A DNA stretch of 64,000 nt from an uncultured SAR86 cluster bacterium (GTDB lineage Bacteria > Pseudomonadota > Gammaproteobacteria > Magnimaribacterales > AG-339-G14). Of this stretch, positions 1-8,819 are shown one piece after another. The notes under the pieces were generated by a model, which was not told the DNA's origin, did no database searches, and saw only the letters and a list, made by a program, of their open reading frames with translations. The DNA lies in contig CACMTR010000004.1 of assembly GCA_902616715.1 (NCBI GenBank), forward strand, positions 117,053-181,052, written 5' to 3'. Position numbers and translations under genes: made by a program. Numbering within the stretch: position 1 is the first letter of the stretch; each line of letters starts with the position of its first letter.

Positions 1-1
1 C

Positions 2-235
2 AGCGAGGTCATGAAAAGCTTACCTAAAGAAAATTGCAAAAATATTTTAGTAATCGCACCAGGTTTCAGTATGGACTGTCTTGAGACTATTGAGGAAATT
101 GATGAAGAAAATAAAGAATATTTTATAGAATCGGGAGGAGAGAAATTTTCTTATGTTGAATGTCTAAATGATTCAGATGATCATGTGGATTTTTTAAAAC
201 ACTTCATACAGCAGCAGGTTTCTTCATGGCAATAG
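2..235 (+). CDS. hemH: Ferrochelatase, C-terminal fragment (5' part lies outside the window)
   Basis: The frame is open from the window edge. APGFSMDCLETIEEIDEENKEYF..GGEKFSYVECLNDS matches the conserved C-terminal block of ferrochelatases. It is followed by hemF and hemJ. Confidence 0.85.
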   Translation, partial: SEVMKSLPKENCKNILVIAPGFSMDCLETIEEIDEENKEYFIESGGEKFSYVECLNDSDDHVDFLKHFIQQQVSSWQ

Positions 236-1050
236 ACAAGAATTTAGACTTCAAAAAAAAAGAAGCAAGCGATTGGTTTCGTTCTCTTCGTGACGATTTT
301 TGTAAAACCTTTGAAGATTTAGATTCAAACAAATTTACGAGAAAGCTCTGGGATCACAAGGGGAGTGGTGGGGGAGAAATGAGCATAATGCGCGGAGAGG
401 TATTTGAAAAAGTTGGAGTGAATATTTCAACGGTTTCAGGAGAATTTTCTGAAGATTATAGAGAGCAAGTAAAAGGTACGTCCAAATCTCCTAAGTATTG
501 GGCTTCAGGAATAAGTCTTGTAGCGCACATGAGTTCTCCCAAAGTACCTGCATTCCATTTCAATACAAGATTTCTAGTTACCGAGGATTTTTGGTTTGGC
601 GGAGGAACCGATATGACTCCAACAATTTATGACAAGTCTGATGAATTGTTTTTTCATAAAAGTTTAAAAAAAGCTTGTGACAGAAATAACGAAGATTATT
701 ACCAAGAATTTAAAAAAAACTGTGATGAGTATTTTTATTTACCACACAGAAAAGAACCCAGGGGTGTAGGTGGAATTTTTTTTGATCATCTCAATACTGG
801 AGATTGGCAAAAAGATTTTAATTTTGTAAAAGATGTAGGTTTAGAAACCTTAAAAATAATCTCTAAAATTGTGTCAGATAAAAAAGATTTATCTTGGAAT
901 AATGAAGACAAAGAAAAACAACTTATCAAAAGAGGAAGATATGTTGAATTTAACCTAATCTGGGATAGGGGAACCTTGTTTGGTCTTAAGACAGGAGGTT
1001 CAACCGAAGCTATCATGATGTCAATGCCTCCAGAGGCTAAGTGGGATTGA
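226..1050 (+). CDS. hemF: Oxygen-dependent coproporphyrinogen III oxidase
   Basis: 274 aa. The C-terminal signature RGRYVEFNLIWDRGTLFGLKTGG..EAIMMSMPP is typical of HemF. It overlaps hemH by 10 nt. Confidence 0.92.
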   Translation: MAIDKNLDFKKKEASDWFRSLRDDFCKTFEDLDSNKFTRKLWDHKGSGGGEMSIMRGEVFEKVGVNISTVSGEFSEDYREQVKGTSKSPKYWASGISLVAHMSSPKVPAFHFNTRFLVTEDFWFGGGTDMTPTIYDKSDELFFHKSLKKACDRNNEDYYQEFKKNCDEYFYLPHRKEPRGVGGIFFDHLNTGDWQKDFNFVKDVGLETLKIISKIVSDKKDLSWNNEDKEKQLIKRGRYVEFNLIWDRGTLFGLKTGGSTEAIMMSMPPEAKWD

Positions 1051-1051
1051 T

Positions 1052-1474
1052 TTGATTTATTTAAGTTTTAAAGTAATTCATATCGTAGCTGTAATAGCCT
1101 GGATGGCTGCTCTCTTTTATCTCCCTAGATTGTTTGTTTATCATGCCAAGCACAACGATGAAAAATTATTAAGTAGTGTCTTCAAAGTGATGGAATCAAG
1201 ATTGTATGGAGTGATTGCAAATCCAGCTATGATTGTGGTTTGGCTCAGTGGGATTTACTTAGTTTACGTTCAAGGAAACCAGTTTTGGTTAAATTTAAAA
1301 ATATTTTTTGTATTTTTAATGACTCTCTACCACTTTTTTTTATTTTATGCTTTAAAGAGATTTAAAGACGATCTAAATGATTATTCAGAAAGATTTTTTA
1401 GAATCGTAAACGAAGTTCCGACAGTTTTAGTTATAATTATTGTAGGACTTGTTGTTTTTAAACCAAATTTATAA
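1052..1474 (+). CDS. hemJ: Protoporphyrinogen IX oxidase HemJ (UPF0093 membrane protein)
   Basis: 140 aa with about 4 TM helices. It carries the KVIHIVAVIAWMAALFYLPRLFVYH motif. TTG start lies 1 nt after the hemF stop. Confidence 0.8.
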   Translation: MIYLSFKVIHIVAVIAWMAALFYLPRLFVYHAKHNDEKLLSSVFKVMESRLYGVIANPAMIVVWLSGIYLVYVQGNQFWLNLKIFFVFLMTLYHFFLFYALKRFKDDLNDYSERFFRIVNEVPTVLVIIIVGLVVFKPNL

Positions 1475-1476
1475 TT

Positions 1477-1665
1477 ATGAAGATATTAAAGGTATTCGAT
1501 AACGTTGAATTAATTCTTGTAGACCTAGAAGTTAACATGGGGAAAGAAACTAGAAGCGCTCCAACACTTTGTGCAAGATATGATGGAAAAATTATCCCTT
1601 TAAATTCTGCTCACGATGGAAGGCCAATTTTAATGAATGAAGCTAATGCTTTAGAAGAAAATTAA
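1477..1665 (+). CDS. Small hypothetical protein, weak Trm112/YcaR (UPF0434)-like C-terminal half
   Basis: 62-aa ORF that exactly fills the gap between convergent hemJ and ubiH-like genes. LCARYDGKIIPL..DGRPILMNEANAL resembles the UPF0434 core, but the CxxC ligands are absent. Confidence 0.35.
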   Translation: MKILKVFDNVELILVDLEVNMGKETRSAPTLCARYDGKIIPLNSAHDGRPILMNEANALEEN

Positions 1666-1667
1666 GC

Positions 1668-2801
1668 TTACAGTTCAGTAGCAAATTCCATAAATTTTTT
1701 CTTTAAAAGCTCAAGATTATTAGCAAAATTGAATGCTGAATTTCTTAACAACCTAATCCATATATTTTTTGCTTCGAATCCTCTTTTGAAAGCTTCCATA
1801 CTCGCTGCGAGGGCTAAATTCACTGGAATTCTATTTCGATTATAAATCTGAGATATCTTTTTAACTTCGGATCTGCCATGTTCGTTTATTTCCTTTGCAA
1901 GACACACAACGTCTCCCAAACCAGCATTTAATCCTAGTCCAGCTAAAGGATGGATTTGATGAGCAGCATCTCCAACAAGAAAAATTCCATCTTTCGCGAA
2001 TGTTTTAGAAGACAAGTGATTCAGTGGAAAATGTTGTATTTCAGTAGAAAAATCTAAATTTCCAAAATTTTCCCCAAAGTGGACATTAATTTCTTTTAAA
2101 AAATCTTCTTTTTCTTTTTGAAGAAATTCGTAAGCAAATTTGTCGTCTATCGACCAAATCATTGTCAATTCGTCGTCGTTAATAGGCAAAAGTGCTAAAG
2201 GGCCAATTTTCGTAAAAGTCTGTCTAATAGTCGAATCAATATTGGGGGACTTTAGATTTGCGACTATTGCTGTTTGGTTGTAACTCCAAGATCTTGATTT
2301 AAATTTTCCTAAATCTCTTACAGATGAATTAATCCCATCGCAACCGATCAAAAATTTACAGCTTATTTGGTCGTTTGATGTTGTACAAATAATATCTGAA
2401 CTATTATTTTTAATATCAAGAAGTTTATTATTCCAATAAAAACTTACCTTTTTAGTTTCTAGTTTTTTGATCAGACTCTTCTGAATTTGCCCTTCGGAAA
2501 CTATATGACCCAAGAGGTCAATACCCGCTTCTTGTGAATCAAACTCTATGTATCCTGAGCCTTCTTGGTCCCAGACTTTTATCTTTTGGTATGGATAAGC
2601 GTTTGGTTCAATCTCCTTCCAAACGTCAAGATCTTTTAAAAAATTCAGACTTTTTTGATTTATTGATAGATGTCTTCTGCTTAAAGAGGGTTGTGGATTG
2701 GATTCAATAATACCAATTGATAATTCGTCAGAATTTATAGAACTAGCAAGCGCGACTCCCATAACTCCTGAGCCGACAATCAAAACGTCATGATGGATCA
2801 T
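1668..2801 (-). CDS. ubiH: FAD-dependent ubiquinone-biosynthesis hydroxylase (UbiH/UbiF/UbiI family)
   Basis: It has an N-terminal DVLIVGSGVMGVALA dinucleotide fold and the GDAAHQIHPLAGLGLNAGLGD motif. It lies directly downstream of pepP, as in E. coli pepP-ubiH. Which paralogue it is remains uncertain. Confidence 0.85.
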   Translation of the reverse strand: MIHHDVLIVGSGVMGVALASSINSDELSIGIIESNPQPSLSRRHLSINQKSLNFLKDLDVWKEIEPNAYPYQKIKVWDQEGSGYIEFDSQEAGIDLLGHIVSEGQIQKSLIKKLETKKVSFYWNNKLLDIKNNSSDIICTTSNDQISCKFLIGCDGINSSVRDLGKFKSRSWSYNQTAIVANLKSPNIDSTIRQTFTKIGPLALLPINDDELTMIWSIDDKFAYEFLQKEKEDFLKEINVHFGENFGNLDFSTEIQHFPLNHLSSKTFAKDGIFLVGDAAHQIHPLAGLGLNAGLGDVVCLAKEINEHGRSEVKKISQIYNRNRIPVNLALAASMEAFKRGFEAKNIWIRLLRNSAFNFANNLELLKKKFMEFATEL

Positions 2802-4039
2802 GAATTCATTAAAGATTCAATATCATTGACCTCTTTAGGAACAAGGTCAGTTAAAACTTTGAAACCAGTTTCTGTAACTACAACATTATCTTCAATTCTT
2901 ATTCCAATATTTTTATATTCTTCAGGTACATCTAAGCTTTCATTAATGTAAATGCCTGGTTCAATGGTAGTTATCATTCCTGGAGCATAATTTAACCAAT
3001 CACCATTTATATCTTTTCCTCCAACATCATGAACATCCAAACCCATATAATGCCCCACGCGATGCATGTAAAAATCAAAGTATTTATTTGATTCAATTAT
3101 TTCATTTACATCTCCTTCTAAAAGTCCTAAATCAAGTAATCCCTGACTTATTATTTCCACAGAAGTTTCGTGAGCTTTCAGGGGGTTAGATCCTGAAACT
3201 ACAGTTTCAATTGATTTCTTGCTTGCCTCAAGAACTATTTCGTAAATTTCTCTTTGCTCTTTACTAAATTTCCCGTTCACCGGAAATGTTCTAGTAATAT
3301 CGCTTGCATAATTATTAAATTCGCAACCTGCATCAACCAAGACTAGGTCTCCATCGTTAAGAATATGTTTATTCTCGTTATAATGAAGTATGCAAGCATT
3401 TTTCCCTCCGCCCACAATAGAAGGATAGGCACAAGCTCTTGCTCCATGTGACATGAACTCATGAACATATTCAGCTTCCAATTGATATTCATACATTCCT
3501 GGTTTTACAGACTTCATAGCTCGTATATGAGCTAATGAAGAAATTCGACATGCTTTTTCAATGATTTTAAGCTCGTCTTCAGATTTAATTGTTCTCATTT
3601 TTGAGACTTCGTAATCAAGTGGCTTAATTATTGCCTCAAAATCAGGTAAAAGTTTCTTTAACTTGGGTATGAATGATTCGAAACAATAAATATTGTCACG
3701 ATCTTTAACCAAACTTGGAAGTACTGTTTCGTAATCTTTTATAGGCAATCCTTGAGTCGCTCCATATAACTTTGTATTTTCTGGGCCTAAGATTTCACCA
3801 TCCCATTGTTCTTTGAGTTTATTTTTTTCCTTACAAAAAATTATAAAGTTTTCATCATCCAAGACTGCAACAGATTCTGATTCTGGAAAATTTGTTAAGT
3901 AGCTAAAATTACTATTTTGGCGAAAAGGAAAGTTTACGTCACCGTTTCTGAGAGTTTCCTCTGATCCAAATAAAACAGCTACTGAGTTACTTTCTAATTG
4001 ATTTGCAAGAAAATGGCGTCTTTTACTAAAAATATCCAT
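2798..4039 (-). CDS. pepP: Xaa-Pro aminopeptidase (M24B)
   Basis: 413 aa. Metal-ligand blocks are LVLVDAGCEFNNYASDITRTFP, HRVGHYMGLDVHD, TIEPGIY and IRIEDNV. Confidence 0.92.
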   Translation of the reverse strand: MDIFSKRRHFLANQLESNSVAVLFGSEETLRNGDVNFPFRQNSNFSYLTNFPESESVAVLDDENFIIFCKEKNKLKEQWDGEILGPENTKLYGATQGLPIKDYETVLPSLVKDRDNIYCFESFIPKLKKLLPDFEAIIKPLDYEVSKMRTIKSEDELKIIEKACRISSLAHIRAMKSVKPGMYEYQLEAEYVHEFMSHGARACAYPSIVGGGKNACILHYNENKHILNDGDLVLVDAGCEFNNYASDITRTFPVNGKFSKEQREIYEIVLEASKKSIETVVSGSNPLKAHETSVEIISQGLLDLGLLEGDVNEIIESNKYFDFYMHRVGHYMGLDVHDVGGKDINGDWLNYAPGMITTIEPGIYINESLDVPEEYKNIGIRIEDNVVVTETGFKVLTDLVPKEVNDIESLMNS

Positions 4040-4092
4040 ACTTTATTTTATCTGATTGTGGAATGCGTTAAAGAGTAAGATTAGAATAAGGT

Positions 4093-4275
4093 ATGAATAA
4101 TTTAGAAAGTAATGTTCAAGAATTAATTACGCTTTCTAAAAAGCTTAGAGAAGCTAATTCTGATTTGAGAAAGAAAAATCAAAAACTCAAAGAAAATAAT
4201 TTAAAATTAAAAGAGAAAATTGAACTAACGAAAAATAAAATTGAGAATTTAATTGATAAACTGGAGTCAGTATGA
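4093..4275 (+). CDS. Small coiled-coil protein (ZapB-like / TIGR02449-type), translationally coupled to zapA
   Basis: 60 aa, entirely heptad-like K/E/L/N-rich sequence. It has an ATGA overlap with zapA, the position occupied by such proteins in pseudomonads. Confidence 0.5.
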   Translation: MNNLESNVQELITLSKKLREANSDLRKKNQKLKENNLKLKEKIELTKNKIENLIDKLESV

Positions 4276-4643
4276 GTAAAGACAGTGATGAGATAATTTC
4301 TATTAAAGTTGCAGGAGTTGAATACCAGCTGCATTGTCCTAAAGATGAACAAAGAGGGCTTTTAAACGCTGCTGATTACTTAAATAAAAAAGTTAGAAAG
4401 ATCAAAAGGCAGGCTAAGTTTCTAAGTATGGAAAAAGCTTCAGTTTTAGCCGGTCTTGAGGTTGCTAATGAACTTTTAAACTCAGATAAAGTAGAAATAA
4501 GCGAGCCTAATGAACAAGAAGATACGTCTGAGCAAAAAATAGTTGAGAATCAAGAGGTAAGAACCGACGAGCAAAATACAAATAAAACAGAAGATTTAAG
4601 TATTAAGTTGGTTTCTGAAATTTCTGAGTTATCTAAATTATAA
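4272..4643 (+). CDS. zapA: Cell division protein ZapA
   Basis: The N-terminal block ISIKVAGVEYQLHCPKDEQRGLLNAADYLNKKV is ZapA-like. It lies immediately upstream of 6S RNA and 5-formyl-THF cyclo-ligase, as in E. coli zapA-ssrS-ygfA. Confidence 0.85.
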   Translation: MSKDSDEIISIKVAGVEYQLHCPKDEQRGLLNAADYLNKKVRKIKRQAKFLSMEKASVLAGLEVANELLNSDKVEISEPNEQEDTSEQKIVENQEVRTDEQNTNKTEDLSIKLVSEISELSKL

Positions 4644-4646
4644 AAT

Positions 4647-4655
4647 TGTTATAAT
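4647..4655 (+). promoter_or_regulatory. Extended -10 element (TGTTATAAT) for the 6S RNA gene
   Basis: TGnTATAAT is read directly at 4647-4655, about 7 nt upstream of the inferred 6S RNA 5' end. No clear -35 element is present. Confidence 0.45.
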
Positions 4656-4661
4656 TAATTT

Positions 4662-4832
4662 GCTTTCTGGGTTATTTGCCAGCTAAATAACACTTCGAGC
4701 CGATACAAAAAAATAAGGGAAGCTGATACTTATTTTTGTTGAGCACCCGTTTGGATTGCCTGAAAAAATAGTGATTTTTCCCGACCTGAACTTTTCGGTT
4801 CGGGTAAATTTTGCAGCGATAATTTGGAAAGC
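4662..4832 (+). ncRNA. ssrS: 6S RNA (RNA polymerase-sigma70 regulatory RNA)
   Basis: It has the conserved zapA / ygfA position. The terminal closing stem is GCTTTC (4662) / GAAAGC (4832). GAGCCGATA and TTGAGCA blocks match E. coli 6S GAGCCGAUA / GGUGAGCA. The downstream hairpin CCCGACCTGAAC-TTTT-CGGTTCGGG parallels CCUUGAACC..GGUUCAAGG. Ends are approximate (+/- 5 nt). Confidence 0.85.
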
Positions 4833-4843
4833 TCCTTCGACAA

Positions 4844-5413
4844 ATGCAAAAACAAAAATTAAGAGAGTCCATACAGAATAAATTTTCTGAAATATCTGAA
4901 GAAGAGAAAAGTTTTTTTAATGAAAATATATTTGAAAACTTTAAAAATATATTTTCATTAGAAACGCATTTAAAAATAGGCTCCTATGTTTCAAAAAATA
5001 ATGAAGTAAGTACAAAAGCAATAAACGAATTTATTTTAGAAAAGGGCTCTTCTTTATATTTGCCAAAAGTAAAAAGTCAGAAAAACTTAAAAAAATTAAA
5101 ATTTCTCAAATTTTCTAACAACGAAAGTTTAGAACTAAATGACTATGGAATTTTAGAACCTAAAGATAAAAGAAAATCTATAAAGCCTGAGTTTTTGGAT
5201 TTTATAATTATTCCCGTTAGAGGAATCAATAAAGCAAATAAAAGGTTAGGTTTTGGAGGTGGCTTTTATGACAAAAGTTTAGCAAAAGTAAATAAATTAA
5301 AATTCGTTGGAATTTGTTATGAATTTCAGAAAAATTTATCTTTTAGAAGTTATGATCATGACATTGAAATTTCAACTATTATTTTTCCTACAGGTTATTT
5401 TAGAAAAGCTTGA
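4844..5413 (+). CDS. ygfA: 5-formyltetrahydrofolate cyclo-ligase
   Basis: 189 aa. IIIPVRGINKANKRLGFGGGFYDK corresponds to the family PG.AFD..G.RLG.GGGYYD block. It starts 12 nt after the 6S RNA. Confidence 0.85.
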   Translation: MQKQKLRESIQNKFSEISEEEKSFFNENIFENFKNIFSLETHLKIGSYVSKNNEVSTKAINEFILEKGSSLYLPKVKSQKNLKKLKFLKFSNNESLELNDYGILEPKDKRKSIKPEFLDFIIIPVRGINKANKRLGFGGGFYDKSLAKVNKLKFVGICYEFQKNLSFRSYDHDIEISTIIFPTGYFRKA

Positions 5414-6927
5414 TAACCTTTATTTTCTGTAACTCTGATAAAAGGGTATTCAGTATTTAATAAATCTTTTTTTAACTTTTCTCGTTCAGATTTTTTTAAG
5501 AAAAATCCTACCAAAGCTCCTCCATAAATAGATCCCTGATTTTTGTAATGAAACAAACTAATATTCCATTTGTCTTGAAGCAAGTTCAAAAAGTCCATAA
5601 GAGCACCAGGCCTTTCTGGGAAATCAACTTTGAAGACTTCCTCAATTATTTTATCGGGAAATTTGCCAGCCCTTCCTCCAGTCATATATCTAAGATGCAC
5701 TTTTGAAATTTCATCGTTTGTAAGATCAATTAAGTTAAATTTCTTTTGTTTCATAACATTTATGAAAGTTTTTTTAGCTTGGACATTACCAGTCAATTCT
5801 ACTCCTAAAAGAATTTTTCCTGATTTTGTTCCATCAGTTCTATAACTAAATTCTGTGATATTTTTTTGCCCAACTGCTCTACAAAGCTTTCTGAAACTGC
5901 CTTTTGTTTCGGGTATCTCAACGCTAAAAATCAATTCTTTTTCTTCCCCCATTTTTGACCTTTCTACTATGTGCGCTAAAGATTCAAAATTTAAATTGGA
6001 GCCACAATAGGTAGCTATCAGATTCTTATTTTTAAGTTTCTTTTTATTTACATATTTTTTTAATCCTGCCAGAGCCAAAGCTCCAGTGGGTTCAGGTACT
6101 GTTCTAGTATCAATAAAAGTATCTTTCACTGCCGCACAAATCTCATCGGTTGAAACAGTAATGGAATCGTCTAACCACTCAGTTATTACTTTGTAATTAT
6201 TTCTTCCAATTTGTTTCGCGGCTGCTCCATCGGCGAAAAGTCCAACTTTTTCAAGTTTAATTCTTTTACCAACTTTTAAAGATTTATTTAAACCTGCTGC
6301 ATCTTCTGCCTCAACGGCAATAATTTTTACATTTGGATTTTTATTTTTTACATAAGCTCCTAGACCAGAAATAAGTCCACCTCCTCCCACTGCTACAAAA
6401 ATTGCATGCAAATTTTCTTCAAAATCTTCTAATATTTCTTTGCCAATAGTTCCTTGTCCTGAAATTACCTCTGAGTCATCGAATGGATGAATAAAAGGGA
6501 GTTTATTTTTTTTACAATATTTCAAAGCAGCATCTAAAGCTTCATCAAAGTTATCACCAATTAATGTAACCTTTGATTTCATTTTTTTTACTTCTTCAAC
6601 TTTTATCGAAGGAGTAGTCTTCGGCATAAATATTGTTGCCTTTATCTTCAGGGCTTTAGCCGAGTAAGCCACTCCCTGAGCATGATTGCCTGCAGAAGCA
6701 GTAACAACATGGCTCACAGCATCCTTTCGGACTAAATTTTTAATTTTGTTATAAGCTCCTCTTATTTTAAAAGAATGCGTTGGCTGGAGATCCTCTCTCT
6801 TTAAAAAGATTTTGTTACGAAATGATAGAGATAAATTCTCAGCTAAAGTAATAGGAGACCGAATTACTACGTCATAAACACTAGAGGCATCAATTTTTTT
6901 TACGTATTTTTGACTATTTTTTAACAT
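5395..6927 (-). CDS. ilvA: Biosynthetic threonine ammonia-lyase (threonine dehydratase)
   Basis: 510 aa. PLP lysine context is HSFKIRGAYNK, and the glycine loop is VGGGGLISG. It has two C-terminal ACT-like regulatory repeats. Confidence 0.93.
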   Translation of the reverse strand: MLKNSQKYVKKIDASSVYDVVIRSPITLAENLSLSFRNKIFLKREDLQPTHSFKIRGAYNKIKNLVRKDAVSHVVTASAGNHAQGVAYSAKALKIKATIFMPKTTPSIKVEEVKKMKSKVTLIGDNFDEALDAALKYCKKNKLPFIHPFDDSEVISGQGTIGKEILEDFEENLHAIFVAVGGGGLISGLGAYVKNKNPNVKIIAVEAEDAAGLNKSLKVGKRIKLEKVGLFADGAAAKQIGRNNYKVITEWLDDSITVSTDEICAAVKDTFIDTRTVPEPTGALALAGLKKYVNKKKLKNKNLIATYCGSNLNFESLAHIVERSKMGEEKELIFSVEIPETKGSFRKLCRAVGQKNITEFSYRTDGTKSGKILLGVELTGNVQAKKTFINVMKQKKFNLIDLTNDEISKVHLRYMTGGRAGKFPDKIIEEVFKVDFPERPGALMDFLNLLQDKWNISLFHYKNQGSIYGGALVGFFLKKSEREKLKKDLLNTEYPFIRVTENKGYQAFLK

Positions 6928-6993
6928 GGCTATCTTTCAAGCAGGCCATTATACTTTTAGAATAGACGACCACAACTTAAAAAAAGTTTTTCT

Positions 6994-7650
6994 ATGAATC
7001 CGAAAGAAAAAGCTGCTCAGTATACATTTGAGAAGATTGAAAAAAAATTTCATAAAGATTTTATTCTCGGCATTGGAACAGGTTCCACTACAAATTGTTT
7101 TATTGAGATATTGAAAGAAAAAAAACCTGAAATGAAGTGTTTTGTTTCAAGTTCATCTGCTAGTTCAGATTTATTAAAAGATGCTGGATACATTGATGCC
7201 GAATTGAATGATGTTGGAGGGCCAGACATCTATGTCGATGGAGCCGATGAGGTTAACTCAAAATTCGAATTGATTAAAGGTGGAGGCGGAGCTTTGACTA
7301 GAGAAAAGATAATTGCTTCTGCATCACAAAAGTTTATCTGTATCGTAGATGAAACAAAAGTTGTAGATAGGTTTGGAAAATTTCCTTTAGCAGTTGAAGT
7401 AATTCCCATGGCCAGGAGTTATGTATCCCGACAAATAGTTGCTATGGGAGGGAGACCAAATTATAGAATTGGTTTTATTACTGATAATGGAAATCAAATT
7501 ATAGATGTGCTCAATTTAAATTTCGATGTTCCTTATGAAACAGAGGGCAGGATAAATAAAATTCCCGGAGTAGTAGAGAATGGAATATTTTCAGCCAGAA
7601 AAGCAGACTGCATAGTTGTTTCCGATGGCACTAAAACTTACGAATTATAG
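6994..7650 (+). CDS. rpiA: Ribose-5-phosphate isomerase A
   Basis: 218 aa with GIGTGSTT, VDGADEV and KGGGGALTREK motifs. Confidence 0.93.
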   Translation: MNPKEKAAQYTFEKIEKKFHKDFILGIGTGSTTNCFIEILKEKKPEMKCFVSSSSASSDLLKDAGYIDAELNDVGGPDIYVDGADEVNSKFELIKGGGGALTREKIIASASQKFICIVDETKVVDRFGKFPLAVEVIPMARSYVSRQIVAMGGRPNYRIGFITDNGNQIIDVLNLNFDVPYETEGRINKIPGVVENGIFSARKADCIVVSDGTKTYEL

Positions 7651-8202
7651 TAACTTTTCTATTTTACTTTGAATACTTTGGTCGTTTGGTTCTACATTAC
7701 TTGAAAAGACATGCGTTTCCGAACCATTTTTTGATATAAGAATTTTTGTAAAATTCCAAGAAGGAGATTTACCAGTTATTTTTTTTAAATCTTTGTAAAA
7801 ATTATTCGCTTTACTGCCTTTAACGCTAGAGGTTGCAAATAGGGGAAAGGAAACTCCATAGGTAGATTCACAGAATTCTTTAACTTTATCTTCGGAGTTA
7901 TATTCTTGAAACATAAAATCTCTGGAAGGAAAACCTAGGATAACAAAATCCTCGTTGTCGTATTTGGTATATAGTTTCTGCAAGCTTTCGTATTGATATG
8001 TAAAACCACACCTGCTCGCAACGTTTACTACCATAATGACTTTGTCTTTATATTTACATAAATTTTCATAATTTTGAGAATCTAAAATTCTTAAGTCATG
8101 ATCTAAATAAGATGGGCATGCACTGTTGCCATTAGAAGTTCCAATTGAGAAACCAAAGGAAGAAAATAAAATTACGATTAAATATAAATAAAAGTATTTC
8201 AT
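7645..8202 (-). CDS. Secreted glutathione peroxidase-family protein (Cys type)
   Basis: It has a signal peptide, then VVNVASRCGFT (active-site Cys encoded by TGT), FPSRDF.FQE and WNFTKIL blocks. Confidence 0.85.
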   Translation of the reverse strand: MKYFYLYLIVILFSSFGFSIGTSNGNSACPSYLDHDLRILDSQNYENLCKYKDKVIMVVNVASRCGFTYQYESLQKLYTKYDNEDFVILGFPSRDFMFQEYNSEDKVKEFCESTYGVSFPLFATSSVKGSKANNFYKDLKKITGKSPSWNFTKILISKNGSETHVFSSNVEPNDQSIQSKIEKLL

Positions 8203-8204
8203 AA

Positions 8205-8819
8205 CTAAAAATATTGTGTCTTTTTACTATAAATCAAGACTTTTGTATTCTCTTTCACTCTATTAAACAATTTAATTACATCCTTATTCTTCATCCTTAT
8301 ACAACCTATAGATGCTGGTTTGCCTATAAGACCTTCTTCAGCAGTGCCATGTATATAGATAAACCTTTCCTTGGAATCAACGTCTCCACCTTTATTCACG
8401 CCATCTTCTAATCCATCCAACCATAAGATTCTAGAAGTGATGACATCTTCTGGAATATCTATCTCCTCTTTAATTGGTTTTATTACTTCTTCAGTCCACT
8501 TTCTTCCCTTAAACACCGCACCCAAGGGTAAATTCTCACCAATTTTTTCAGAAACAATATGTTCTCCAAATGGAGTTTTGTAACTATTTTTTTTATTACC
8601 CAAGCCATTTACTGAAGATGAGATTGGATACGTATAAGTTCTAAATTTAGATTTATAAATCAGCTTTTGTTCGTCAATATTTATAAGAATGTAATTACTT
8701 TTTGCATTGGCCTTTATAAAATTATTAACCACATCATTTGTAATATTTTTTTCACTCACAGTAGTTGCGCAACCTACAAACAATAGAAAATATAAAAAAA
8801 AGAATTTATTAATTTTCAC
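8205..8819 (-). CDS. L,D-transpeptidase (YkuD domain) lipoprotein
   Basis: Lipobox is LLFVGC. The catalytic block is IHGT....GKPASIGCIRM. Confidence 0.85.
   Translation of the reverse strand: MKINKFFFLYFLLFVGCATTVSEKNITNDVVNNFIKANAKSNYILINIDEQKLIYKSKFRTYTYPISSSVNGLGNKKNSYKTPFGEHIVSEKIGENLPLGAVFKGRKWTEEVIKPIKEEIDIPEDVITSRILWLDGLEDGVNKGGDVDSKERFIYIHGTAEEGLIGKPASIGCIRMKNKDVIKLFNRVKENTKVLIYSKKTQYF

Noticed and set aside
4672-4872. 66-aa minus-strand ORF in the zapA / cyclo-ligase gap
   Set aside because: It lies entirely antisense to the 6S RNA gene. Its sequence is low-complexity and Cys/Phe/Arg-rich, with no start context. The gap is better explained by ssrS.
7645-8202. Selenocysteine-type glutathione peroxidase
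   Set aside because: The active-site residue in VASRCGFT is encoded by TGT (Cys). There is no in-frame TGA and no SECIS-like hairpin.
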